From positions 1 to 35,441 of the forward strand of contig CAXCDZ010000002.1 of assembly GCA_963981525.1 (NCBI GenBank): a DNA stretch of 35,441 nucleotides, in the 5' to 3' direction. Made by a program: the position numbers and the translations under genes. The first letter of the stretch is position 1, and each line of letters begins with the position of its first letter. The notes below the pieces were generated by a model. The model worked only from the letters and a program-made list of their open reading frames with translations. It searched no databases and was not told the origin of the DNA. Positions 26,481 to 34,077 of the stretch are shown piece by piece. This stretch comes from an uncultured bacterium. Lineage in GTDB: Bacteria > Patescibacteriota > Microgenomatia > UBA1400 > UBA12108.

Positions 26481-29027
26481 CTATTTCCAGGATGGGAAGA
26501 GGGAGAAAGCTGTGTCCCAGTAAGCTTGTGGCATGGGAAAACCATAATAAAATGGAGAGATCAGCAAGAAGACGATAAGCGCGAGAGTAATGATGATGAG
26601 GCGCGTGCGAGATGAGAGAGTCCCAAGCCAAGAAGCAAGAATGATCATAAGAAAAGTAGCAGACGGAAGATAGTGATAGAAAAACATGATACGGGGAGAG
26701 AAGATCCAGGGGATCGTTAGTATTGCGTATAGAGTATAGAGTATGAAGTATGGGAACTTTTTGATTTTGGGCAGCTGCAAGATGAGAGCAACAAGGCCTA
26801 GCCACAACAAGATAGGATTGGACTGGGAGTAGATGTTGCTGATTTTGTCGCCGTACTCCACAAAATACCAAACTGGACGTAAGGAGAAGATCCACTGCCA
26901 AGGCAGTGACTGATAAGCGTGCGTGGCAACTAGGTTGGTGTGGTAGTACCACATCTGACGATGGAGCTCAAAAAACTGAGCCCAAGTGTAACCAGAAAGG
27001 AAAAATGGTGAGTAAGAAAGAAGATAGATACAAAGCGAAATTAAGACCAAGCGAATAGAAAGCAGTAAGTTACGAACACTCGCTAAAGCAAGGTTCGTAA
27101 CTTTGATATCTCTCAAATAGATGAGGGCGAGAGGGAGAACTCCGTAGAGTGCGGACCATTTGGAGGCGAGGGCGAGTCCGTAAAGTATGGCGCTTTTTTT
27201 CCAGCTCTTTGTGAGTGCGTAGTTGAGTGACCAGATAAAAAAGGTGAGCATGTAGATGTCGTTCATTCCGATTCTGCTTTGGACCAGATGCAGACCTTCG
27301 ATCGTGAGGAGGAATGCAGCGAGTGCGGCGGTAGAGCGCGAACGAAAGAGTGAGAGAGTGAGCCGATAAACTCCGTAAATACTCACTACTCCAAGAATGG
27401 CAGAGAAGAATCTCCAGGCGAAGGCAGTATCTCCAAAAGTTGCGAGTCCGAGAACCATGCCGTACTTGGCAACAGGAGGATGCGTCCACTCGTAGGCAAA
27501 ACCTTCTGGTGGAGTAGCCCACCAGATCCATGCTTCGAGATTATTGGAGAGTATTTCTTGGGCAGTAAAAGCATGGTAGACCTCGTCGAAGATGTGTTGC
27601 GGGGGACTACCGAGATTAACTAAGCGGAGGAAGAGTGCGAATATGAGAATCGAGGTGAGGAGTCTGTTTTTCTTAATCCAGGCTAAAAACTCTTTAATAG
27701 CTTTGGGCCAGTCCCAGAAAACTGCGAGGGAGAGAGTCGTGAGAGTAGTCGCGACAGAGGCGAGATTACCCCAGACAATATGCATAGGCCAGGTCTGATC
27801 GTGTAGTACCCAAGAATATGCGGCCCAGAGATTGAATGAAAAGAGAGTAGTGAGGAGCATGTAAGGAACAATCAGCCAAGAAGAGGTGAGAGTCGCGAGT
27901 GCGAGGAAAGGGAGTGCGAAAAGGAGGTGTCTTTCGTGCATCCGGGTAGTAAAGGTGAAAAAGGCTGCAAGGATAGTGCCGATAACTCTCGGGGCGTGGG
28001 AGCGATCCCATCCAGTGCGCGCCCAGAGCCTGAGAGTGTTAAGGGAGAGTAAGGAGAAGAAGAGTTGCCCCCATGACTGGAGAGTGAGGCCCAAAACCAA
28101 GTGATTATCAGGGGGCCATGAGGAGAGTGGAGAGCGAATATTCCAGAGATTAAAGGCGTTAATAGAGGTGTAGGGATAGGTACTTGCCTGCTCGAGAGTC
28201 TTGTCTAAAAGGAAGCGAAAAGCACCAAATGGAGTGGAGTTAACAAAGAGTGCGGGGAGGAGAAAAAGTAGTATGGCGTATAGCGTATAGAGTATTAAGT
28301 ATGGGAACTTGGGACGATGAGGGGACTTGATTAATATAATTGCGAAAACTGGGAGGGTGAGAATGACAATGGGTTTGAAGGCAACGGCGAGAGAGAGAAG
28401 AAGTGTGGCGTATAGCGTATGGCGTATAGCGTATGGGAAACGAAGAGATCTAAGAAAGTAAATGAGAGAAATAACTGCTAGTAGTGCTGGTAAGGAATCT
28501 GTCTGGCCCCACCAGGAGGTGTCACCGATAAAAGCTGGAGAGAGAATGAGGAGGGAGACTAAAAGATCGGACCTTTTTAGGCGGCTTTTCGGGCTTGAAG
28601 CCTCGAGTCCTTTAAGGTCCGACCTTCTTGCGATCGAATGTATCACTGCAATTAGACCGAGCTCGATAAGAGTGAAGAATGATTTGAAGACAATTGAGAA
28701 AGAGAGGGAGAAATAGGAAGAAAGATGGGAAATGAGTGCAAAAAGATAAACTGGGAGAGGAAGATAGTCACACCAAGTTGAGGCAAAAAACTCGGTCGGG
28801 CCAAGCTCCAGAATAAGTCTGCCCCATGCTGAGTAGGTGCCGATATCGTAGGGCTGGGCGGGTAAGGTGATAGCAAAAACTCGGATAGCGATGGCAATGA
28901 TGAGGACAATATATCCAAGATACTGCAAGGTCGGACCTTTTTGGGCTGCTTTTCGCGTCTTGCGACTCGAGTCCTTTAAGGTCCGACCTTGAGTCCGACC
29001 TTTAGAGATTTTTTGCCACATGGTCAT
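26481..29027 (-). CDS. Two-module GT-C membrane glycosyltransferase: N-terminal COG5542/Gpi18-like module fused to a C-terminal GT39 (PMT-type) module
   Basis: 848 aa and polytopic. The C-terminal half starts with the typical PMT N-terminus (LIFALFLRLVNLGSPPQHIFDEVYHAFTAQE) and ends with the PMT C-terminal pattern (YHTNLVATHAYQSLPWQWIFSLRPVWYF). The N-terminal half has YDIGTYSAWGRLIL...WCDYLPLPVYLF and YPYTSINAFNLW, as in ArnT/PIG-V-like GT-C proteins. The start is uncertain, because the first ~35 codons are repeat copy E. Confidence 0.75.
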   Translation of the reverse strand: MTMWQKISKGRTQGRTLKDSSRKTRKAAQKGPTLQYLGYIVLIIAIAIRVFAITLPAQPYDIGTYSAWGRLILELGPTEFFASTWCDYLPLPVYLFALISHLSSYFSLSFSIVFKSFFTLIELGLIAVIHSIARRSDLKGLEASSPKSRLKRSDLLVSLLILSPAFIGDTSWWGQTDSLPALLAVISLIYFLRSLRFPYAIRHTLYATLLLSLAVAFKPIVILTLPVFAIILIKSPHRPKFPYLILYTLYAILLFLLPALFVNSTPFGAFRFLLDKTLEQASTYPYTSINAFNLWNIRSPLSSWPPDNHLVLGLTLQSWGQLFFSLLSLNTLRLWARTGWDRSHAPRVIGTILAAFFTFTTRMHERHLLFALPFLALATLTSSWLIVPYMLLTTLFSFNLWAAYSWVLHDQTWPMHIVWGNLASVATTLTTLSLAVFWDWPKAIKEFLAWIKKNRLLTSILIFALFLRLVNLGSPPQHIFDEVYHAFTAQEILSNNLEAWIWWATPPEGFAYEWTHPPVAKYGMVLGLATFGDTAFAWRFFSAILGVVSIYGVYRLTLSLFRSRSTAALAAFLLTIEGLHLVQSRIGMNDIYMLTFFIWSLNYALTKSWKKSAILYGLALASKWSALYGVLPLALIYLRDIKVTNLALASVRNLLLSIRLVLISLCIYLLSYSPFFLSGYTWAQFFELHRQMWYYHTNLVATHAYQSLPWQWIFSLRPVWYFVEYGDKISNIYSQSNPILLWLGLVALILQLPKIKKFPYFILYTLYAILTIPWIFSPRIMFFYHYLPSATFLMIILASWLGTLSSRTRLIIITLALIVFLLISPFYYGFPMPQAYWDTAFSLFPSWK
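26718..26759. repeat. 42-nt intragenic repeat, copy X (encodes KFPYFILYTLYAIL)
   Basis: 39/42 identical to 28269-28310. The flanking sequence is unrelated at the nucleotide level. Confidence 0.85.
28269..28310. repeat. 42-nt intragenic repeat, copy Y (encodes KFPYLILYTLYAIL)
   Basis: 39/42 identical to 26718-26759. A related degenerate copy lies at 28403-28440 and contains a perfect 14-nt tandem duplication, GGCGTATAGCGTAT x2 (28407-28434). Confidence 0.85.
28567..28622 (+). repeat. Palindromic repeat element, copy D, inside the GT-C coding sequence
   Basis: TCGGACCTT...TTTTCGGGCTTGAAGCCTCGAGTCCTTT AAGGTCCGA. Translated in-frame on the minus strand as RRSDLKGLEASSPKSRLKRSDL. Confidence 0.9.
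28927..29005 (+). repeat. Palindromic repeat element, copy E, plus a 15-nt partial duplication at the LCP/GT-C junction
   Basis: AAGGTCGGACCTT...AAGGTCCGACCTT (28927-28990) is followed by GAGTCCGACCTTTAG. The inner hairpin differs from the other copies (GTC-TTGC-GAC instead of GGCT-TGA-AGCC). Read on the minus strand as GRTQGRTLKDSSRKTRKAAQKGPT in the long GT-C ORF. Confidence 0.85.
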
Positions 29028-30009
29028 GAATTTCTTCCCAATTATTAACTGGCACTAAGACCCACTGCCCTTGGTACGGGGAGCGATTTTTGGGAGTCAA
29101 GAAGAGTTCGTCAAGGTTAAATGAGTCAAGGGAGTTGTCGAGCTTAGAGTAAGTCAAGAAGAAGCGGAGAAGACCACCAAACTCATCATCCTGAATATTG
29201 GTTTCGAGTGAGGAGCGAAAGCTTGCTAGTAGTGCTTGGAGAGTGTCGAGTGAGAGGAAGGTGTTGGAGGAGAGGAGTTTGTCCTGGAAAGCCTGAATAA
29301 TCTGCTGCTGCCTCCTTGAGCGAGCAAAGTCTGTACCCTCGTCTCCCTCGGCATGGCGGGAGCGAGCAAACTTGAGTGCGGTCGCGCCATCCATGTGAGT
29401 CATGCCGAGATCGAAAAAGAGATGTTCGTAGCGATCTGACTCTGGCTCTGCTGTTTCTTTGCCGGGAATGGGATACAGCTTATCATCTAGAACTGCCTGA
29501 ACATCGATATCAACGCCACCTACTAGATCGATTGCCTGAGTAAAACCGGCAAAATCGAGGGCAAGAGCATAGTGGACTGGTTGGCCCAAGACTTCGCTGA
29601 TGGCGGAGCTTGCGAGATCTAGTCCCCCGCCCTCCCTCCTTTGTTCTCCGTAGTGATAGGCAGTGTTGAGTTTGGCTACCATCGTGTCAACCCAGATATC
29701 GCGAGGAACACTAAGAAGGCTGATCTCGTGAGTTTGGTGATCAAGAGAGATGAACATCATACTATCTGTGAGATCGCCTGCAGAGTGGTCGCCGCCGCCG
29801 ATCCCGAGAAATGCGATGTTGGTTCTATTATCAGTGACAGAGAGAAGGGTTTCTGGGTTCTCGACAAAACCAGAAACAAAGCCAGCGTTCTGACGAGAGC
29901 GAAAATACATAAAGCCAAGAATCGTGAGAGCGACGACAAAAAGCCCGAGAAGCACCCATGGAAACAGACGACGAGTAACAACTGGCGGAGAGTTAACTTC
30001 GGGATCCAC
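29002..30009 (-). CDS. LytR-CpsA-Psr (LCP) family cell-envelope glycopolymer transferase
   Basis: 335 aa. N-terminal TM (LFPWVLLGLFVVALTILGFMYF), then NIAFLGIGGGD...LTDSMMFISLDHQTHEISLLSVPRDIWV...KLNTAY, which are typical LCP core motifs. GTG start at 30007-30009, 3 nt after the tpiA stop. Confidence 0.85.
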   Translation of the reverse strand: MDPEVNSPPVVTRRLFPWVLLGLFVVALTILGFMYFRSRQNAGFVSGFVENPETLLSVTDNRTNIAFLGIGGGDHSAGDLTDSMMFISLDHQTHEISLLSVPRDIWVDTMVAKLNTAYHYGEQRREGGGLDLASSAISEVLGQPVHYALALDFAGFTQAIDLVGGVDIDVQAVLDDKLYPIPGKETAEPESDRYEHLFFDLGMTHMDGATALKFARSRHAEGDEGTDFARSRRQQQIIQAFQDKLLSSNTFLSLDTLQALLASFRSSLETNIQDDEFGGLLRFFLTYSKLDNSLDSFNLDELFLTPKNRSPYQGQWVLVPVNNWEEIHDHVAKNL

Positions 30010-30012
30010 CTG

Positions 30013-30684
30013 CTATCCCCTAAGCGCGTCGTAGCGATTAAGAAGATTGATAAAGGTACTACTGGAGAGAGCAGCGGAACTAACGAGAACTCCGTCAAGA
30101 TTGAGCTCTAGCAACCCCTCTAGATTACCTGCATTAACTGAACCACCATAGAGGGTGGGTCGACCAGAAGAAAGAGTGCGGATAAGGTCGCAGGTTTCCT
30201 GAATATCAGAGAGTGCGGCAGTTTCGGTGCCGCCAATGTCGGCAGGAGGTTCGTAGACGAAGGTGGATTTTTTGATCAATGAGTCATCTAGTGCGGAGAG
30301 CTGAGGGCTGAGGTCATCTTTGCTCAAACAAATTACAGGAGTGATCCCGTTTTCGACTAATTCGCGGGCTTTGGCGGCAATTTGAGCATACGACTCTTCT
30401 AAATGGGTGCGTCGCTCGGAATGCCCGATGATACAGTACTCTACACCCATATCAGCAAGCTGGGAGGCTGAGACTTCGCCGGTGTAGGAGCCCGCTGGAA
30501 AAGGTGAGACGTTTTGGGCGGCGAGGGTGAGGGGTGGAGTGACAAGGTGGAGATGGGGGAAAGCCGGGGCAATGGCGACGTGGGCAGAAGTATTAACTAG
30601 TGAGGGTGAGACAGCACTAACCCAGTCTTTGACTTCTGAGGTGAGTTTGTTGGATTTGAAGGTGGCGAGAAACAAAAATTTCAT
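30013..30684 (-). CDS. tpiA: Triosephosphate isomerase (compact, 223 aa)
   Basis: Catalytic Lys in ATFKSN, IIGHSERR, YEPPADIGG and GGSV motifs. Start set at ATG 30682-30684 (MKFLFLATFK), with GGAG upstream. The track ORF is 20 codons longer. Confidence 0.88.
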   Translation of the reverse strand: MKFLFLATFKSNKLTSEVKDWVSAVSPSLVNTSAHVAIAPAFPHLHLVTPPLTLAAQNVSPFPAGSYTGEVSASQLADMGVEYCIIGHSERRTHLEESYAQIAAKARELVENGITPVICLSKDDLSPQLSALDDSLIKKSTFVYEPPADIGGTETAALSDIQETCDLIRTLSSGRPTLYGGSVNAGNLEGLLELNLDGVLVSSAALSSSTFINLLNRYDALRG

Positions 30685-30773
30685 TTTTGGGTGCTCCAGT
30701 ATTTCAGTAATGCAGTGTTCCAGTACATAAGTAGTATATCGCATGAGAGGGATTTGGGGTATTATTGATCCTT

Positions 30774-32744
30774 ATGACTGATTACCTGGAGCAATTAAAC
30801 GAACAGCAGCTGGAGGCAGTGGAACATTCTGGCACTCCCCTACTGATCCTTGCGGGAGCTGGGAGTGGAAAGACTAAGACTCTGACTGCTAAGGCTACTC
30901 ACATGGTCAAGCAAGGTCTTGCTCAGCCTGATGAGATCTTGCTAGTGACGTTTACGAACAAGGCAGCTGGGGAGATGAGGGAGAGAGTGAATAAGGCTGC
31001 GGGAACTACCCTTCCGAATGTGGGCACGTTCCACTCGATGAGCTCAAAGATTTTGCGCAAAAGTGGACATGTGATTGGGATCAATCCAGGATATGTAATC
31101 TATGATGCGGGTGATCAGCAGGATCTTATCAAGGCAATACTGGTTGACCGAAAGATAGATCCAAAGCGATATAAGCCCAGGGCGCTGGCGGCAGCAATCA
31201 GTGGGACCAAGCAGGAACTGTTGAGTCCCGGAGATTATGACGGGATCGCGATGGGAATGTTCCAGGAAGTTGTGGCTGAGGTGTACCGTGAGTACCAGAA
31301 GAGACTCGGCGAGTACTCGGCTCTCGACTTTGACGACCTGATGACCCAGACTGTGCGACTGCTACGTGAGTCGCCAGAAACACTCGCAAGGTACCAAGAA
31401 CAATTTAAGGAAATCATGGTGGATGAGTATCAAGACACTAATACCGCACAGTATATTCTTACGAAGCTGCTATCGGGGAACAACCGGCGACTCACGGTGG
31501 TGGGAGATGCGTCACAGTCGATCTACAAGTGGAGAGGGGCAGATTATCGGAATCTAATGAAACTGCGAAAGGACTACTCTGACCTAACTGAGATCAGGCT
31601 AGAGCAAAATTATCGCTCCACACAAACTATCCTGTCAGCAGCAACTTCCGTGATTACGAATAATAAGAGTCATCCAATCCTGAAGCTATTCACTGATCTA
31701 GGGGAAGGCGAGAAGATACGAGTAATTGAGGGGTATTCAGCCCAAGATGAGGCTGCCAAGGTTGAGAACGAGATCCAGAACCTAAACCTCGACGGCTATG
31801 CATGGGAAGAGATCGCGATCTTGTACAGGACAAATGCGCAGAGCAGAGCTTTTGAGGAGATGTTTGTCCGGAGTGGGATCCCATATATTCTCGTGGGAGG
31901 GACGAAGTTCTACGAAAGGAAAGAAGTTAAGGACGTCTTGGCATATATCCGAGTAATGCTAAATCCAGATGACAAGGTGTCTTACAGGCGAGCGGAGAAG
32001 AATGGGAAGCGGAGGCTAGCCTCGATTATGTTGGACCGAGATGAATATATGGAAAATGATCCTTCGGCAGGCTCAGGACAAGGTCATTCTGCAGAACAGA
32101 TTCTTGAACATGTGCTTGAGAAAACTAAGTACCTGGATAAGTTTGATGAGGAAGTTGAGGAGGAGTTGGCCAGAATCGAGAATGTCAGGGAGTTGCAGGC
32201 CGTGGCAAGTGAGTTCTCTACTCTCCCTGAGTTTTTGGAAAATGTTGCACTAGTCCAAGCTGAGTATTATGCGGATGAGAAGGTAAAGAGGAGTAAGCAA
32301 GCTGTGACTCTGATGACACTGCATGCGGCAAAGGGACTGGAGTTCCGGGCAGTGTTTATGGTGGGGCTAGAAGAAGGACTATTCCCCCACTCAAGAGCGC
32401 TAGAGGATAAGAGTGAGATGGAGGAGGAGCGCAGACTAATGTATGTGGGGATTACGAGAGCAAAGGAAAAATTATTCCTAAGTTATGCGACTAACAGGAT
32501 GATCTGGGGTAAATCAGGGTTACAGATGAAGAGTCGGTTTATAGAGGAGATAGATTCGCAGTTGATAACTGCGACGTTTTCTAGTGCTCCAGTGTCTCAG
32601 TACTCCAGTAGGAATGCTAGGAAGTGGAAAGTGCCGGAAATGAAAACTAAGAAAACTGGCATCAGAATTGACGCTCTTGGGGACGAGACTCTGGAGAGTT
32701 TTCTCTCGGGTGATCTTTCGGTGGATGAACTCTTGAGTCGGTAG
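30774..32744 (+). CDS. pcrA: UvrD/PcrA/Rep-family ATP-dependent DNA helicase
   Basis: Motifs LILAGAGSGKTKTL (I), TFTNKAAGEM, VDEYQDTN (II), VGDASQSIYKWRGA, QNYRST, LMTLHAAKGLEF and MYVGITRAK. Start set at ATG 30774, because the track start at 30765 is a TTG. Confidence 0.93.
   Translation: MTDYLEQLNEQQLEAVEHSGTPLLILAGAGSGKTKTLTAKATHMVKQGLAQPDEILLVTFTNKAAGEMRERVNKAAGTTLPNVGTFHSMSSKILRKSGHVIGINPGYVIYDAGDQQDLIKAILVDRKIDPKRYKPRALAAAISGTKQELLSPGDYDGIAMGMFQEVVAEVYREYQKRLGEYSALDFDDLMTQTVRLLRESPETLARYQEQFKEIMVDEYQDTNTAQYILTKLLSGNNRRLTVVGDASQSIYKWRGADYRNLMKLRKDYSDLTEIRLEQNYRSTQTILSAATSVITNNKSHPILKLFTDLGEGEKIRVIEGYSAQDEAAKVENEIQNLNLDGYAWEEIAILYRTNAQSRAFEEMFVRSGIPYILVGGTKFYERKEVKDVLAYIRVMLNPDDKVSYRRAEKNGKRRLASIMLDRDEYMENDPSAGSGQGHSAEQILEHVLEKTKYLDKFDEEVEEELARIENVRELQAVASEFSTLPEFLENVALVQAEYYADEKVKRSKQAVTLMTLHAAKGLEFRAVFMVGLEEGLFPHSRALEDKSEMEEERRLMYVGITRAKEKLFLSYATNRMIWGKSGLQMKSRFIEEIDSQLITATFSSAPVSQYSSRNARKWKVPEMKTKKTGIRIDALGDETLESFLSGDLSVDELLSR
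32060..32082 (+). repeat. Short GC-rich repeat TCCTTCGGCAGGCTCAGGACAAG, copy inside pcrA/uvrD
   Basis: 21/23 identical to 34719-34741. Translated in-frame as PSAGSGQG in a variable part of the helicase. Confidence 0.75.
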
Positions 32745-32802
32745 GTCAGCATATCGGTTTGTCGGTGTGTCAGTTAATCAATAAATCAGATAGAATAAGA
32801 GT

Positions 32803-33849
32803 ATGCAGGTGAAAAAAATCATAGAAATGCCAAGTGGATGGAATAAATTAGCTGGACATCCGATGCAGGCATGGGAGTGGGGAGAGTTTCGCAAGGAAAC
32901 TGGTGTAGGAGTGGTGAGATACGGCGTGTTTGAGTCGGGCGAGAATAACTCGCCCCTACGTGAAGTAATCCAGGTAACGATCCATCCGATCCCGCATACA
33001 TCATGGAGTATTGGTTACTACCCCAAGGGAGGTGAGTTAACTGGAGATGTAGAACAAGCACTAGAGGAGATTGCGAGAGAGTATCGATGTATCTATATTA
33101 GGTGTGAGCCGATGGTAGAAAAGGGAGATAGGGATGTAGTACATGGGGAGATGGGGAGAAAGAAATACGTAAGAGGGAGGAGTCTGTTTACGCCACACAA
33201 CTTTGTACTAGATGTAACCCCAAGTGAGGAAGAAATCCTAAAAGGAATGAAACAAAAGACGAGATATAACATCAGGCTGGCTGGGAAAAAAGGAGTGAAA
33301 GTTAAGGTTGATAACTCTGATAAGGCCTTTGAGAGGTATCTTGAGCTAACTGAGGAAACGACGAGTAGACAGGGCTTTTATGCACACGGTCCTAGATATC
33401 ATTCCACTATGTGGAAAGTTCTAGGAAAATCTCAAATAGCAAATAGCAAAAAACAAACAGGGTTAACAGCAGAATTAATAACTGCCAAATATGAGGGGAA
33501 GATCATCACGGCGTGGGTATTATTCGCCCACAATGACACGCTCTACTATCCTTACGGCGCCTCGACTCGCGAACATCGGAATCTGATGGCGAATAATCTA
33601 GTGATGTGGGAGGTGATTAAGCTCGCGAAAAGTAAGAAGCTAAAGAAGCTGGATATGTGGGGAGCACTCGGGCCAGAACCTGATAAGAGTGATCCTTGGT
33701 ATGGATTTCATAAATTTAAGGCAGGATACGGAGGGCGACACGTGACGTATATGGGGACGTGGGACTATGTGGCACGACCGCTACTCTATTACCCACTGCG
33801 AGTGGTGGAGTGGGCTAGATGGAAGGTGTTGAGACTCAAGAAGAAGTAG
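32803..33849 (+). CDS. FemAB/FemX-family peptidoglycan interpeptide-bridge aminoacyltransferase
   Basis: 348 aa with QAWEWGEF, KTRYNIRLAGKKGV and LYYPYGASTREHRNLMANNLVMWEVIKLAKSKKLKKLDMWG...YGFHKFKAGYGG, the characteristic FemAB family pattern. Confidence 0.85.
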   Translation: MQVKKIIEMPSGWNKLAGHPMQAWEWGEFRKETGVGVVRYGVFESGENNSPLREVIQVTIHPIPHTSWSIGYYPKGGELTGDVEQALEEIAREYRCIYIRCEPMVEKGDRDVVHGEMGRKKYVRGRSLFTPHNFVLDVTPSEEEILKGMKQKTRYNIRLAGKKGVKVKVDNSDKAFERYLELTEETTSRQGFYAHGPRYHSTMWKVLGKSQIANSKKQTGLTAELITAKYEGKIITAWVLFAHNDTLYYPYGASTREHRNLMANNLVMWEVIKLAKSKKLKKLDMWGALGPEPDKSDPWYGFHKFKAGYGGRHVTYMGTWDYVARPLLYYPLRVVEWARWKVLRLKKK

Positions 33850-33850
33850 A

Positions 33851-34045
33851 AGTTTTGGGCCATATTCGAAGCGAATAACAAACAAAATTAGTGAACTGCG
33901 CATCACTGGCAAAAATGCAATCCGCCTACTTTATTGTCGAGCTGGTAATAAGTATGTGATATTGCATGGATTTAAGAAAAAAACACAGAAACTACCAAAA
34001 AAAGAACTGGAGATCGCAATCAAAAGAGCAAATTATCTTGATTGA
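33851..34045 (+). pseudogene. 5'-truncated HigB/Gp49-like (RelE/ParE superfamily) toxin remnant
   Basis: Own translation: ...ISELRITGKNAIRLLYCRAGNKYVILHGFKKKTQKLPKKELEIAIKRANYLD*. This matches the C-terminal two-thirds of Gp49-type toxins (ELRI...iRllY...vlLHgFkKKtqktP..Ele.A). There is no ATG/GTG/TTG in frame back to the in-frame stop at 33830, and the frame runs into the femX 3' end. Confidence 0.7.
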
Positions 34046-34070
34046 CACTTTATTATATATATGTTATAAA
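34042..34070 (+). promoter_or_regulatory. Consensus-like promoter TTGACA-N17-TATAAA, 7 nt before the antitoxin ATG
   Basis: TTGACA is at 34042-34047, overlapping the toxin-remnant stop TGA at 34043-34045. TATAAA is at 34065-34070 and the ATG at 34078. No SD is present. Confidence 0.6.
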
Positions 34071-34077
34071 CATCCTT

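Noticed and set aside
26216-27531. ORFs 26216..26545, 26473..26952 and 27070..27531 on the minus strand.
   Set aside because: These are alternative frames of the GT-C gene or read-through of repeat copy C. The GT-C frame carries the family motifs.
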